A DNA stretch of 64,000 nucleotides, from positions 6,729 to 70,728 of the forward strand of contig JAWSVD010000110.1 in the NCBI GenBank assembly GCA_033852095.1, read 5' to 3'. A program made the translations under genes and the position numbers. Source of the stretch: Granulosicoccaceae bacterium. Its GTDB lineage: Bacteria; Pseudomonadota; Gammaproteobacteria; CALCKW01. The notes below the pieces were generated by a model, which was not told where the DNA came from, did no database searches, and saw only the letters and a program-made list of their open reading frames with translations. Positions 7,943-18,075 of the stretch are shown here, one piece after another (positions within the stretch are counted from its first letter, which is position 1; every line of letters begins with the position of its first letter).

Positions 7943-9342
7943 GATCGCACCGCCTGGACTGGATGGAACAGCCCCCACTGCAAGCCTTTGCGCCGTGCCG
8001 TGATCACCAGGGTAAGCAGGGTCAACAGCAGTAATAACAACTCGGCCACCGGGCTCGCCAGCCAGACACCCGGCTCGCCGATAAAACGCGGCATCACTAA
8101 GGTGAGCGGTATGCCAAACAAAAATGGTTTGCACAGGCCCAGAATAGCCGCCCGCCCCACGTCTCCCGTCGCCTGAAAATAGCCCCCGATCATCATCAGG
8201 GGCCCAGCCAGACAAAAAACCTGCACGATCACCGGCATGATGCGCGCAACTTCGTTCACCACAGCGGACTGCGACACAAACAACTGACCCAAGAACCCTG
8301 CGAAATGACTCAGCAGCAGCTGCGCGAGCAAGCAGTAGACAAAAGCCACGAGCATTGCCAGTTTCAGACTGCTGTTGGATCGGTGCCACAGTTGCGCGCC
8401 GAAGTTATTGCCAGTGATCGACTGCATCGCATGCGACAGACCCAAAAGCGGTAGAAACACGAAAGTCAGGATACGGGTGATGATGCCGTAGGCCGACACC
8501 GTGTCCGCGTAGTGCGGACTCTGCACCATTTGTAAGGCGTAGATGATGGTAGCACTGCCCAGCGCCAGCCCCACAAAACTCAAACTCTGCGGCGCACCCA
8601 GCGCCAGCATCTCGCGCCAAGCAGTGCTCAAAGGGTGTTGCGAAAGCGCCTGCGGACGAAGTGCCGTCTGACCGCGCAAGCGAAATGCCAGCAAGATGGC
8701 TATCGCCAGTAACTGGGCGAACAGCGTCCCGTAGGCAGAGCCCGCCACGCCCCAGTGCAACTGCGCGATGAGCATGTAGTTAAACAGCATGTTCATCACC
8801 GACACCAGCAGGCTCATGGCGGCCATCAAGCCCACCCTGCCCTCGTTGCGCAGCGCGTCGCTGTTGACCGAGAGCACAAACATCAAGGGCGAGCTCAACA
8901 CGCTGATGCGCAGATAGGTCTGGCCCATCTCAGCAAGCGCTGCCGAGCCACCCGCCGCGACCAGCACAGCCGCTGTGCCGAAGACAAAATACAAGCCGAT
9001 AAGACAGAGACTGATGACAATGGCCAGGCCGTGCGCACCGGCAAACACCGCCTGCGCCCGCTCAAACTGCTGCGCCCCCAGCGCCCGGGCGAGCACGCTG
9101 GACATGCCACTGGCGACCAGCGTCGACAGGGCCACGATCAACATATAAGCGGGAAACATCAACGTCACAGCGGCCAATGCATCGGGGCCTACGTAGTGGC
9201 CCAGGAACAGCGCGTCAGCCACAGTCAATAGGCCGTTCATGCCCATCACGAAAATAATGGGCAGGGCTGTTTTTAAAAAGATGCCACCGAGCGCACCCTC
9301 GGTAAAGACGTTCTTGCGGGGATCAGACATGATCGAGCACAC
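7939..9342 (-). CDS. MATE family efflux transporter
   Basis: 467 aa, 12-TM pattern, 'LPIIFVMGMNGLLTVADALFLGHYVGPDALAAV' MATE motif. Confidence 0.85.
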   Translation of the reverse strand: MCSIMSDPRKNVFTEGALGGIFLKTALPIIFVMGMNGLLTVADALFLGHYVGPDALAAVTLMFPAYMLIVALSTLVASGMSSVLARALGAQQFERAQAVFAGAHGLAIVISLCLIGLYFVFGTAAVLVAAGGSAALAEMGQTYLRISVLSSPLMFVLSVNSDALRNEGRVGLMAAMSLLVSVMNMLFNYMLIAQLHWGVAGSAYGTLFAQLLAIAILLAFRLRGQTALRPQALSQHPLSTAWREMLALGAPQSLSFVGLALGSATIIYALQMVQSPHYADTVSAYGIITRILTFVFLPLLGLSHAMQSITGNNFGAQLWHRSNSSLKLAMLVAFVYCLLAQLLLSHFAGFLGQLFVSQSAVVNEVARIMPVIVQVFCLAGPLMMIGGYFQATGDVGRAAILGLCKPFLFGIPLTLVMPRFIGEPGVWLASPVAELLLLLLTLLTLVITARRKGLQWGLFHPVQAVRS

Positions 9343-9629
9343 CTCTTAGGCGCATCTCACTGTCTGGCAGGGGCTCGCGTTGCCAACCGCGCGAGATGCG
9401 TGGAGGAACAGCTGGATCAAAAAAGAGGACAGAACTTCACCAGACGATAACGTCAGCGAGCGGCAGGTGTCTGCGACCTGCGCGAATTCTCGGGGCTATT
9501 GCCGATAATGTCAAGCCGGCGCGCTGTTACGCCAGCTTGAAACAGCCATGCCGACGGAAGGATTCGCCGGCAAAAAGGTGACGCTGGCAGCGAGCGACCT
9601 CGTCGATTGAGGCCGCTTTCGCGCAGCCC

Positions 9630-11927
9630 TTATTTGGCTTTGGGGCTGAGCAGTTGCTGCAAATTGTCCCAGGTATTGCAGCTGTCCGCACCGAGCTCCG
9701 AGGGCTCACCAATCACTTCGCCAACCAGCTTCAGTGCGCGCTTGCGATCCGCCGCCTTGCTCAATAGCTTCAGCAGGCTTTTCTCGGCTTTGACTGGCTC
9801 GATTTCACTGAGCACCGTCTGCTCGTAAATCATGCGCGAGCGGGCGAGTTCGTCCAAGCTAACAAAGGCCTTTTCGCTGCTGATCATTTGGCTGAAGCGC
9901 TTGAGCTTGGCCCGTGGCACGCCGCCGCGTGAGCGACTGACCTGAACCACCATGCGAATCACCGCTTCGGCGAGGCCGCCCTTTTCCATGCGCCCCAGGA
10001 TCTCTTGAATCTCGGGCAGATGACGTTCGAAATCGTGTTCACGCTCAACGCTGTCCTGCTGCATGCGCTTGCCCATGGCACGGATCGCTGGCAAACCGTA
10101 GACCACGTGAAATGCCAGCTCATAACCCGCGTCGCGTCGCTGCCGTTTAGCGTCCAGAATGTTATGGATGGCCTGGGCGTTGTTGTGCTCCAGGGCAGTG
10201 AAAACATTCTCACTGCCCACGGGCTTGCGCTGTTGCGCGACCAAATCGGCGAAGCCACTCAGGCCGGCCAACCACGGGTTTTTGTCAGAGAACAGGTAGC
10301 GCTGCAGGCGCAGTGGATGCATCTGTTTCATCATCTCCGCACTCTGCGGCGTCACCATCGCCTGCACCCAGGGACGCATGTATTTTTCATACATCTCGGT
10401 GTTCATTGTGGACATCTGAGAGACGGGGCCAAAGCTGTCATCAGCGTCGTCGGCATCAATATCGACAATCAGCTCATCCATGCTGCGGTCCACAAAGGTC
10501 ACCTTGTGGCGCTGTTCGCCCTCGCCATCACGGTCGAGGATTTGCATTTCATACAAGCCCGGTGGCAGCGACTCCATGGCATCCAGGGTGGACATGATGG
10601 CACTGTGCTCGCGCTGCGCCAACTGAGCCGAGACAAATATACCCAGATGGCCAACGTCCTCGTGCAGCATATAGACGATACGCTGGCCCAGGGATTTGAT
10701 TTCGTGCTCGTCGCGGTAGGTCTCGGGGATCCAGTTCAGTGCCTGCTGTGGCGGCGTGATGTTATCGCCGTGCGAGGCAAAGACCATGATTGGGGCGGTG
10801 ATGTGCTTGAGGTCCAGGCTCTTGCCTTCGGTCAATTCAGCCCGACCTGCGGTGAGCAGGTTACCGACAAACAAATTCTCCACGATCCAACGCATTTCGT
10901 TTTCGTTCATGAAGTAGAAACCACCCCACCAACGCTCAAAAGCGAGGAAGCGATCGGCCTGATCGTCCACACCCTTATAGAGGTTATAGTACTTGGACCA
11001 GTTGGCGTTGGCGGGGTTGAGTTTTTCGAAGTTAGAGACCAGATTGGCACCGTCAAACTTGCCGTTGCCAAGATCCGACATCAACAGCGCAGGCATGGCG
11101 CCGCCCATCAAACCACCCATATAACGCATGGGGTTTTTGCCGTTTTTACCCGCCCAATAGGACAGAGGTGCACCGTTGAGCACAACCGGGCCTGTGAGCC
11201 CGGGCTGAGAGGCCGACAGCAGCATCACTGCCCAACCGCCCTGGCAGTTGCCAACCACCACAGGTTTTTGCGCATCCGGGTGCTGCCTGGCCACTTCTTG
11301 CACAAACATAACCTCGGCGTCGCACACGTCAGCCAAGGTCTGCTCGGGTTCGGGCTCCTGGAAAAAGATCACGAAATACACCGGATGGCCGCCGCGCAGC
11401 GCCACGCCGACCTGGCTGTCTCCCTTGAAGCCGCCGATGCCCGCACCGTGCCCCGCACGCGGGTCGATGATCACATAGGGACGGCTGCTCTCGTCGATCA
11501 CCACGCCTTCGGGTGGGTGAATGCGGACCAGCGCGTAGTTGACCGGGCGGTCGAAGTCACGGGCGTCCAGCACTGTCTCGTAATCGTAGGCGAGCACCGG
11601 CGGACAGCCGGCTGCCTGGTGCTCGTTGTAGACATTGCCGCGCTTGCGCAGGGTGTCCCAAAACAGTGCCTGGCGCTGCGCCGCATCAACGCTGTACTCC
11701 ATCGCATCACGCGCGACATTCCAGGGGTTGATGAACGCGCTCATCAGTGACTGGGTCTGCTTCGCCCACGCGCTGCTGGCCTCTCGGCTCGACGCTGAGA
11801 TTTCCGCAGCGTGGTGCTCGCTGATGGATTTCAAGTCACGTGTGTAACGGCCCGCATCGGCGTTCGCGGCCACAAGTTTTTGAGCATTTTCAGACACGGC
11901 ATCTGCGTGCTTGGCACTGTTGTACAT
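9630..11927 (-). CDS. DUF3141 domain-containing protein (alpha/beta-hydrolase-like, ~765 aa)
   Basis: Length and motifs ('GNCQGGWAVMLLSA' nucleophile-elbow-like GxCxG, 'MRWIVENLFVGNLLTAG') match what I recall of the DUF3141 family; monocistronic. Confidence 0.65.
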   Translation of the reverse strand: MYNSAKHADAVSENAQKLVAANADAGRYTRDLKSISEHHAAEISASSREASSAWAKQTQSLMSAFINPWNVARDAMEYSVDAAQRQALFWDTLRKRGNVYNEHQAAGCPPVLAYDYETVLDARDFDRPVNYALVRIHPPEGVVIDESSRPYVIIDPRAGHGAGIGGFKGDSQVGVALRGGHPVYFVIFFQEPEPEQTLADVCDAEVMFVQEVARQHPDAQKPVVVGNCQGGWAVMLLSASQPGLTGPVVLNGAPLSYWAGKNGKNPMRYMGGLMGGAMPALLMSDLGNGKFDGANLVSNFEKLNPANANWSKYYNLYKGVDDQADRFLAFERWWGGFYFMNENEMRWIVENLFVGNLLTAGRAELTEGKSLDLKHITAPIMVFASHGDNITPPQQALNWIPETYRDEHEIKSLGQRIVYMLHEDVGHLGIFVSAQLAQREHSAIMSTLDAMESLPPGLYEMQILDRDGEGEQRHKVTFVDRSMDELIVDIDADDADDSFGPVSQMSTMNTEMYEKYMRPWVQAMVTPQSAEMMKQMHPLRLQRYLFSDKNPWLAGLSGFADLVAQQRKPVGSENVFTALEHNNAQAIHNILDAKRQRRDAGYELAFHVVYGLPAIRAMGKRMQQDSVEREHDFERHLPEIQEILGRMEKGGLAEAVIRMVVQVSRSRGGVPRAKLKRFSQMISSEKAFVSLDELARSRMIYEQTVLSEIEPVKAEKSLLKLLSKAADRKRALKLVGEVIGEPSELGADSCNTWDNLQQLLSPKAK

Positions 11928-12600
11928 TATTCTTTCAACCCTTCATTGACGGAGGTGCGGTAGGGACGATTCGCGCCTGACCACAAGCTAGCCCCGTTTG
12001 CGATGACGCTTATTTTCTATAGCTGTCTAGCGGCCGACAGAGAACTAACTTTGCTGCGCTGCAACATACGCTAAACCATATGATGTTTTTGCCCACAATG
12101 CCAGTCTGGAAGTGCTTTTTTACGAGATATTTTGCATATGCTCACAATACAGTGGCCAGACACGCGCCAATTCGGCATTTTATATCCAAACAAGAAGCAT
12201 ATTGGTGTCTGTCTGCCAGCGGGCACATCCCGACGAAACCGCCCTGCTTGTTGCGATGCAATAGACCGGCTTAGCTGAGCGGTACTACAAACAATTGCCC
12301 CCTGGATCCACTCAACCACAGCGCAGCAATTAAGCCTGAGCGCGAACAGGCTCGCAGCTGGATGACGCACCCAGAAGCAGCTCAATCACCGCTAAGAGCT
12401 TGTTGAGGCACGAAGAAGCTGGGCAAGGATCAGGCCCATCACGAGGAAGAGAGTGTTTTGAGCGGCGCGCGTAGCTGAGGATTTTTGTGGCGATTGAGTC
12501 GAATAACTGCCTAGACGGCCCTCGTCTTTAACGAAATCTACGCGGAAATACGGTCAAGAATAGACTCCCGCAGTAGGGTTTCTAGTTCTCGCCCAGCCTC

Positions 12601-12846
12601 TTAGCCCGCTGCCAACGGCGCCATAATGATCACCGAATCCCCCTCGGCCAGTGCATGCGGCAGGGGATCGGCGATCAACTGCTCATTGATGGACACCACG
12701 TAGAGCTCATTGGCCGGTATCGCCAACAGCGCGACTAGATCAGCAAAGGACGCGCCCGGGGCCAGCTCGAGCGCACATCTGGCCCGCACCGACCCCGCAG
12801 GCAAGTAGTCGCTCATGATGCCGGTGGTGCGCAGCGCTATTTTCAC
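12601..12846 (-). CDS. MoaD/ThiS-like small sulfur-carrier fold protein
   Basis: 81 aa, beta-grasp-like pattern, start overlaps AOR stop by 4 nt; C-terminus ends ...PLAAG (not canonical GG). Confidence 0.5.
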   Translation of the reverse strand: MKIALRTTGIMSDYLPAGSVRARCALELAPGASFADLVALLAIPANELYVVSINEQLIADPLPHALAEGDSVIIMAPLAAG

Positions 12847-14669
12847 GTGCTCAGCGCCAGACGCTCGAGCGTTTGCTGGGTTGGCACGCCTTGCGGTGAC
12901 CAGCCCCGCAGTGCGTAATATTCTTTCAGCATGAGCTCCAGCTCGCAGACTCGCCCCTTGGCCGTGCCACTGGGTGCAGGCGTTTCCAGCAGCCGTTTAG
13001 GCAGGCTGTCGTCGGCGGCTGTGAGCCCCGCCCGGAGGTTGAACTGGCGCTCCAGATTCCAAATCCGCTCACCCGTCTCGCGCATGCGCTCTGCAGACCA
13101 GTCCCCTTCGCACGCGGCATCGAGCTGCGCCGCGTAGTCGCTCATGCCCCAGGCCCCCGCGGTAAAGATACACAGGCCCGTGGAGTCGATGGCGGCGATC
13201 TCGTCCTGCGACTCCTTGCAGGGCTTCGCCTTGCCCCTGCCGCTCTGGTCTTTCATGTCCTCGCTGAAGACATCGTGCTTGAGGTGACAGGCGCCGCGGT
13301 TGGAGGTGGCGTAGCCCAGCCCCATGCCCTGCAGTGCGCGGGAGTCGTATCCCGCGAACTCCTGCCCCTTGACTCCCATGAACAGCTCCGGGTGGCCATA
13401 CTTTTCGCAGAGCAATTTACTGCCCAGACCCAGATCGACACCAAAGCCCTGTTGTGCGCCCGTGAGCTCCGCCATTTTCACCAAGGCTTCCGCGCTGCCA
13501 AATCGCAGTTCAATGCCGCCGGTGTCTTCGTGTGTGATCGCGCCGAGTTCGAACATTTCCATCGCCGCCGCAACCGTCACCCCGAAGGAGATGGGGTCAA
13601 TGCTGTGCTCGTTGGTGAGGAAACCCACATACGTACAGGCATCGATGTCATCCACCCCCACGACGGGGCCCAGCGCATAAGCCGTCTCGTATTCCAGCCC
13701 TCCGGAGGCGTGCCAGTATTGTGGTTTATCCGCAACTGAAAAGTGCTTGGGGTCAATGTGCGCTACACGCCCACAGCCAATAGAGCAGGCAAAACAGGCT
13801 TTGTTGGTGATCAGGTTTGTATGCCCGTTTTCATTGGGGCTCGCCATCGCCGCCGGGTTGATGTTTTCTGATCCGGCGAATTGCACTTCTTGAAAATTCT
13901 TGGTCGGCAAACCGCCAAAAGCGTGCATGGTATCGATCATGGCGTTGGTGCCGTGTTTGGTCATGCCCTGCCGACCGCGGTCATCGGCAAGTTTTTGCAT
14001 GGTGTCTTTGACCACCGCCATGAAACGCTTGGGATCATCAGCTTTGACCCCCACAGTCCCGCGCACCACAATGGCCTTTAGCAGTTTAGAGCCCATCACC
14101 GCACCGACACCCGAGCGCCCTGCCGCACGGTGTAGATCATTGACAATACAAGCGTAACGCACCCCCTGCTCTCCGGGCACACCCACCGAGGCCACCTTGG
14201 CCTGCGGGTCACCCATGCGCTCTTTCAGCGCCTCCTCTGTGTGCCACACGGTCGAACCCCAGAGATCATCAGCGGGCTCTAGGCTGATGCTGTCATCGAC
14301 AATGCTCAGATACACGGGGCTCGCTGATCGGCCTTCGATGATCAGCAAGTCATAACCGGCGTTTTTCAGCTCTGCACCGAACTTGCCGCCCGAATTTGAG
14401 CAGGCGATCGCGCCGGTGAGCGGCCCTTTGCAGAGCACGCTGTAACGGCCGCTGGTGGAGCTCATGGTGCCGGTCAGCGGTCCGGTGGCGAATATCAGCA
14501 CGTTTTCGGGACTCAGCGCATCGCAGCGCGGATCCAGCAATTCACTCAGGTATTTAGTGCCCAGACCGCGGCTGCCCATATAGGCCTGCGCCCATTGCAT
14601 GTTGAGCGGCTCATGGCGGATCTCACCGCGTGTCAGATCAATGCGTAAAATTTTGCGTTGCCAAGCCAT
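12843..14669 (-). CDS. aor: aldehyde:ferredoxin oxidoreductase (tungsten/molybdopterin AOR family) catalytic subunit
   Basis: 608 aa; N-terminal 'ILRIDLTRGEIRHE...YMGSRGLGTKYLSE...PENVLIFATGPLTG', 'GLGYATSNRGACHLK', 'DSLPKR' closely match Pyrococcus/Aromatoleum AOR signature regions. Confidence 0.9.
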   Translation of the reverse strand: MAWQRKILRIDLTRGEIRHEPLNMQWAQAYMGSRGLGTKYLSELLDPRCDALSPENVLIFATGPLTGTMSSTSGRYSVLCKGPLTGAIACSNSGGKFGAELKNAGYDLLIIEGRSASPVYLSIVDDSISLEPADDLWGSTVWHTEEALKERMGDPQAKVASVGVPGEQGVRYACIVNDLHRAAGRSGVGAVMGSKLLKAIVVRGTVGVKADDPKRFMAVVKDTMQKLADDRGRQGMTKHGTNAMIDTMHAFGGLPTKNFQEVQFAGSENINPAAMASPNENGHTNLITNKACFACSIGCGRVAHIDPKHFSVADKPQYWHASGGLEYETAYALGPVVGVDDIDACTYVGFLTNEHSIDPISFGVTVAAAMEMFELGAITHEDTGGIELRFGSAEALVKMAELTGAQQGFGVDLGLGSKLLCEKYGHPELFMGVKGQEFAGYDSRALQGMGLGYATSNRGACHLKHDVFSEDMKDQSGRGKAKPCKESQDEIAAIDSTGLCIFTAGAWGMSDYAAQLDAACEGDWSAERMRETGERIWNLERQFNLRAGLTAADDSLPKRLLETPAPSGTAKGRVCELELMLKEYYALRGWSPQGVPTQQTLERLALST

Positions 14670-14681
14670 GGTGATCTCCCT

Positions 14682-15086
14682 TTAGGCGTAAATAATCGCG
14701 TCGGTAGGACAGGCACTCGCACAGGCCGGCGAGCCGCTGCAGAGGTCGCACTTGACGACTTTACCCGTAGCCGCGCGAAAATTGATGGTGCCGTAGGGAC
14801 AGGCAATGGTGCACACCTTGCAGCCCACACAGAGGCTGTCATCCACCACCTTGGCCCCCGTGCCGTGGTCGATACGAATCGCGTTGGTGGGGCAAGCCTC
14901 GAGACACCAAGCCTCTTCACACTGCGTGCAGGTGTAGGGGACGCTGCGACGCCCGTGCTCGAACTCGAAGACCTTGATGCGCGACAAGGCGGGATTGAAC
15001 ACCCCCTCGTGCTGGTTGGAACAGGCGAGTTCACACTGCAAGCAACTGGTGCACTTGTCCGGGTCTATCTGCAGGCCCTTGGCCAT
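14682..15086 (-). CDS. 4Fe-4S ferredoxin-type electron-transfer subunit (four Cys clusters; AorA-like)
   Basis: Four CxxCxxCxxxCP motifs (CTSCLQCELACS, CTQCEEAWCLEACP, CVGCKVCTIACP, CDLCSGSPACASACP); ATG at 15086 preceded by AAGGAG SD; track ORF extends to 15158. Confidence 0.85.
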   Translation of the reverse strand: MAKGLQIDPDKCTSCLQCELACSNQHEGVFNPALSRIKVFEFEHGRRSVPYTCTQCEEAWCLEACPTNAIRIDHGTGAKVVDDSLCVGCKVCTIACPYGTINFRAATGKVVKCDLCSGSPACASACPTDAIIYA

Positions 15087-15624
15087 GAGTAGCTCCTTGG
15101 TATTGATCGATTCGCGCCCTAACGCACCATCCAGGCCTCCGCCCGATCGGCCCGTCAACGCTTGGTTTTTGCCGTACAGACAACGTTAGCTGAAATATTG
15201 TGCTCTGTCGCGCAACAAGGCGACACGGCTGCGTCACTGCAACACGGCCTGGCCCGCGGGAGAGCCTGAGTCACGGTGGAAACGCTGCTAAACACCCATT
15301 AGTTTAATGATGGCCAAGCTAATGACAGCCAAGGCTTATCGCTTTCGTACAGCGCGACGAAGACAGGGTGATTCATGGCGGCGATGGCCTCAAGCCTGGG
15401 GCTACAGCGAAGCGCGTTGAGCTGCCCGACGCGGCGCGTGAGATCAATTACCTGAAACTCGAAATCAATTCACACAAATAACCAAATGGAAAGCCCAAAA
15501 CAAGACTGATTGTTAATCTTTGGTTACAGCTTTAGAGCATTCTATCAAGATTGCTATGAAACTGGAGATATATGCAATTGAAGCTGATGTACACTTTTTC
15601 GCCTCGCTCAGGGGATCAATTACA

Positions 15625-16671
15625 ATGCAACGCGGCAGGCTACAAGAACTGGACTCTATCAGAGGCCTGGCGGCAATTTCGGTCGTTTTATACCACTATT
15701 TTTATCGCTACAATGAAATTTACGGCCATCAACAGATAGACACAGACTGGATAGCCTTTGGCCACTACGGCGTACAGCTATTTTTTATCGTCAGTGGTTT
15801 TGTTATTTATTGGACTTTAGAAAGAACGGAAAAACCCGCCGATTTTCTGATATCACGTTTTTCTAGGCTCTACCCCGTGTTCTGGGTATCGGCGGCGCTG
15901 ACGTTTATTTTGGTTTCCCTCTTTGGTCTCCCTGGCCGAGAGATTCAATTTGTTGATGCGCTAAAGAACGCACTGATGTTTCACGAGCGCTTACACGTGC
16001 CGCATGTGGATGGTGTGTATTGGACGCTGACCGTGGAACTGACTTTTTACTGTTTTATCTTCGCGCTTTATATCACCTCAAATCTAAGACATGTAACGAA
16101 ATTTTTTCTGGTTGCAAGCATTCTCTCAACACTCAGTTCCCTGGGTGTGGTCACCATCAATCAACCTTATTTTGATATTCTTATATTTGAACATATCCCC
16201 TTCTTTCTGGCCGGCATCTGCCTTTTTAAGATAACGAGGAAAGACAAGGTTCATGAAAACTACGCTATTATTGCAGCTGCAATCGTTTCAACTCTGATAA
16301 CACATTCATTCAATGCCTCGGTGTTTTTTGCACTCTCTGTTGTCTTTTTCATTTTGTCAGTGAACGGTCGCCTGCCCTTTATGAAATCAAGGCCACTTGT
16401 ATTCATTGGCAGCATTTCTTATGCGCTGTACCTGTGTCACCAAAACATCGGCTATATGATTATCAATCACGCCTACGCGCACGGTCTAAGCCCCCTGAGC
16501 GGCATTGTCTTTTCAGTCATTTTGTCTGTGTTACTGGCTATCGCATTGACCTATTGCATCGAGCGCCCAGCGCTACGCGCCATCAAAAAATCAATCACCC
16601 CAATCAAAATTCGGCAACGCGCTGGCAGGCTGTTACCTGCGGTCCTGCGCGCCTACCGACAACAAAACTAG
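15625..16671 (+). CDS. acyltransferase family 3 (OafA/NolL-type O-acyltransferase) membrane protein
   Basis: 'LDSIRGLAAISVVLYHY' N-terminal motif and 10-TM pattern of acyltransferase_3; gene is visibly more AT-rich than surroundings. Confidence 0.8.
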   Translation: MQRGRLQELDSIRGLAAISVVLYHYFYRYNEIYGHQQIDTDWIAFGHYGVQLFFIVSGFVIYWTLERTEKPADFLISRFSRLYPVFWVSAALTFILVSLFGLPGREIQFVDALKNALMFHERLHVPHVDGVYWTLTVELTFYCFIFALYITSNLRHVTKFFLVASILSTLSSLGVVTINQPYFDILIFEHIPFFLAGICLFKITRKDKVHENYAIIAAAIVSTLITHSFNASVFFALSVVFFILSVNGRLPFMKSRPLVFIGSISYALYLCHQNIGYMIINHAYAHGLSPLSGIVFSVILSVLLAIALTYCIERPALRAIKKSITPIKIRQRAGRLLPAVLRAYRQQN

Positions 16672-16680
16672 AGCCACACC

Positions 16681-18075
16681 ATGAACCCTCGTTCGATCTA
16701 TGCCCTCTTCGGCGCCACAATCCTCACCTTAGCGACAAGCAGTTGTGCCGATGACGGCAAAGGCGCGGCCACTGAATCCCCCCCCAATACAGGCGGCCTC
16801 ACTGCAAACACTGGAAATCTGTGCGAAGGCTTGATCACGCACCGGCAGGCGCTTCCCATCGAAATTTTGCCAAAACCGCAGCCTTTGAAGAGTTATATAG
16901 ACCCCGCCTTTGGCACCTCAGTAACGAGAATCAGCGACACGGAAACAGGCCAGGTAGTCAAACCACAATACAACACCATCCAAGCCTGGAATGCAGATGA
17001 GAGCCGCATATTGCTGTATCACACGGGTGGCAGCGACAGTGACCGAGGCCATCATATATACGACGGTTTCAGCTATGAGCACATCGAAAAAATCGACATC
17101 GTAGCGAACGATCTGGAACAAGTGTATTGGCACCACAGCGACCCCGACACCCTCATCTACACCAGTGTGAATTACCAGTATTACGGCGAACTGGTCCGCT
17201 ACAACATTAAAACCAAGTCAAAAGAGCGCATCGCGGATTTTCGCTCAATCTGCGGGGAAGATGGAATCCCCACGTCGGGAAATGGCGTCATGATGCCGCC
17301 CCTTGATGATGATCTGTACGGCTTTAGATGCAACACAGGAACCGACAGTACGACGGGTTTCAGTTATAAAATCAGCACCGGTGAAATGCAAACACTTGCG
17401 CTGGGCGAAGGCACTGAATACGACCCGTGGACAGCTCCCATGCCAAGCGCGAGCGGGCAGTACTTTTTTGTCACCGACAAGGTTCTTGAAAAAGACCTCA
17501 ACACCGTTCGCTTCAGCCTGGATCTCAGCGAGTTTCACAGCCATTCCAGTTTGGGCAAGCGCGCCAATGGCAACGATGCACTGTTCGCCACGGCATTCGA
17601 TCCATCTCCAAGTGGCTGTGATGGCGGCCCTGACAAAGGGGTCGGATCCCTGGTGGTGCATGATTTTGAAGACAAGACCTGCAACGTCATCATTGGCGAG
17701 TCTTATGGTTATGGCTACCCGGGCAGCGGCACCCATGTTTCAGCAGTGGGTTTTGATGCGCCCGGTTGGGCGCTGATGTCGACCATCGGCTACGGCCAAT
17801 TTGAATATCTCTCAAACGACGAGCCTGCCCCCCTGCTGTTCTCCGAGATATATCTGGTCAACACAGAGGATGCCAGCCACACCGCTTGCCGTGTCGCGCA
17901 CCACAGATCCTTTGGAAAAGCAGCGGAAGACAGCCAATACGCTGCGTACTTCGGCGAGCCGCACGCGACACTCAGCCCGAGCGGAACACGTTTGCTCTAC
18001 GGCTCAGATTGGTACGACTCAGGTTCAGTTGATAGTTATGTGGTGGAGTTGCCTGCCTTCAAAACACAAAAGTAA
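16681..18075 (+). CDS. secreted (lipo)protein of unknown function, beta-propeller-like
   Basis: 464 aa; signal peptide ending '...LATSSC'; repetitive Y/G/D-rich segments ('TRLLYGSDWYD') suggest a propeller fold; no confident family. Confidence 0.55.
   Translation: MNPRSIYALFGATILTLATSSCADDGKGAATESPPNTGGLTANTGNLCEGLITHRQALPIEILPKPQPLKSYIDPAFGTSVTRISDTETGQVVKPQYNTIQAWNADESRILLYHTGGSDSDRGHHIYDGFSYEHIEKIDIVANDLEQVYWHHSDPDTLIYTSVNYQYYGELVRYNIKTKSKERIADFRSICGEDGIPTSGNGVMMPPLDDDLYGFRCNTGTDSTTGFSYKISTGEMQTLALGEGTEYDPWTAPMPSASGQYFFVTDKVLEKDLNTVRFSLDLSEFHSHSSLGKRANGNDALFATAFDPSPSGCDGGPDKGVGSLVVHDFEDKTCNVIIGESYGYGYPGSGTHVSAVGFDAPGWALMSTIGYGQFEYLSNDEPAPLLFSEIYLVNTEDASHTACRVAHHRSFGKAAEDSQYAAYFGEPHATLSPSGTRLLYGSDWYDSGSVDSYVVELPAFKTQK

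Noticed and set aside
10005-11750. 581-aa + strand ORF antisense to the DUF3141 gene (similar long antisense ORFs at 22277..23200, 37635..38492, 53906..54664, 59623..60264, 43430..43957)
   Set aside because: They sit fully inside well-supported genes on the other strand. Their composition is Arg/His/Gln-rich and low-complexity, as expected from GC-rich antisense frames. There are no recognisable domains.
12071-12385. 104-aa minus-strand ORF in the long spacer
   Set aside because: Cys/Trp-rich, with no SD, no homology signal, and lying in an AT-rich non-coding-looking region. Likely spurious.
15087-15624. Sigma-54 (-24/-12) promoter upstream of the ferredoxin/AOR operon
   Set aside because: I looked for GG-N10-GC with flanking TGGCAC/TTGCA on the minus strand. 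The nearest candidate (revcomp of CACTGCAACACGGCCTGGCCCG) does not fit the spacing.
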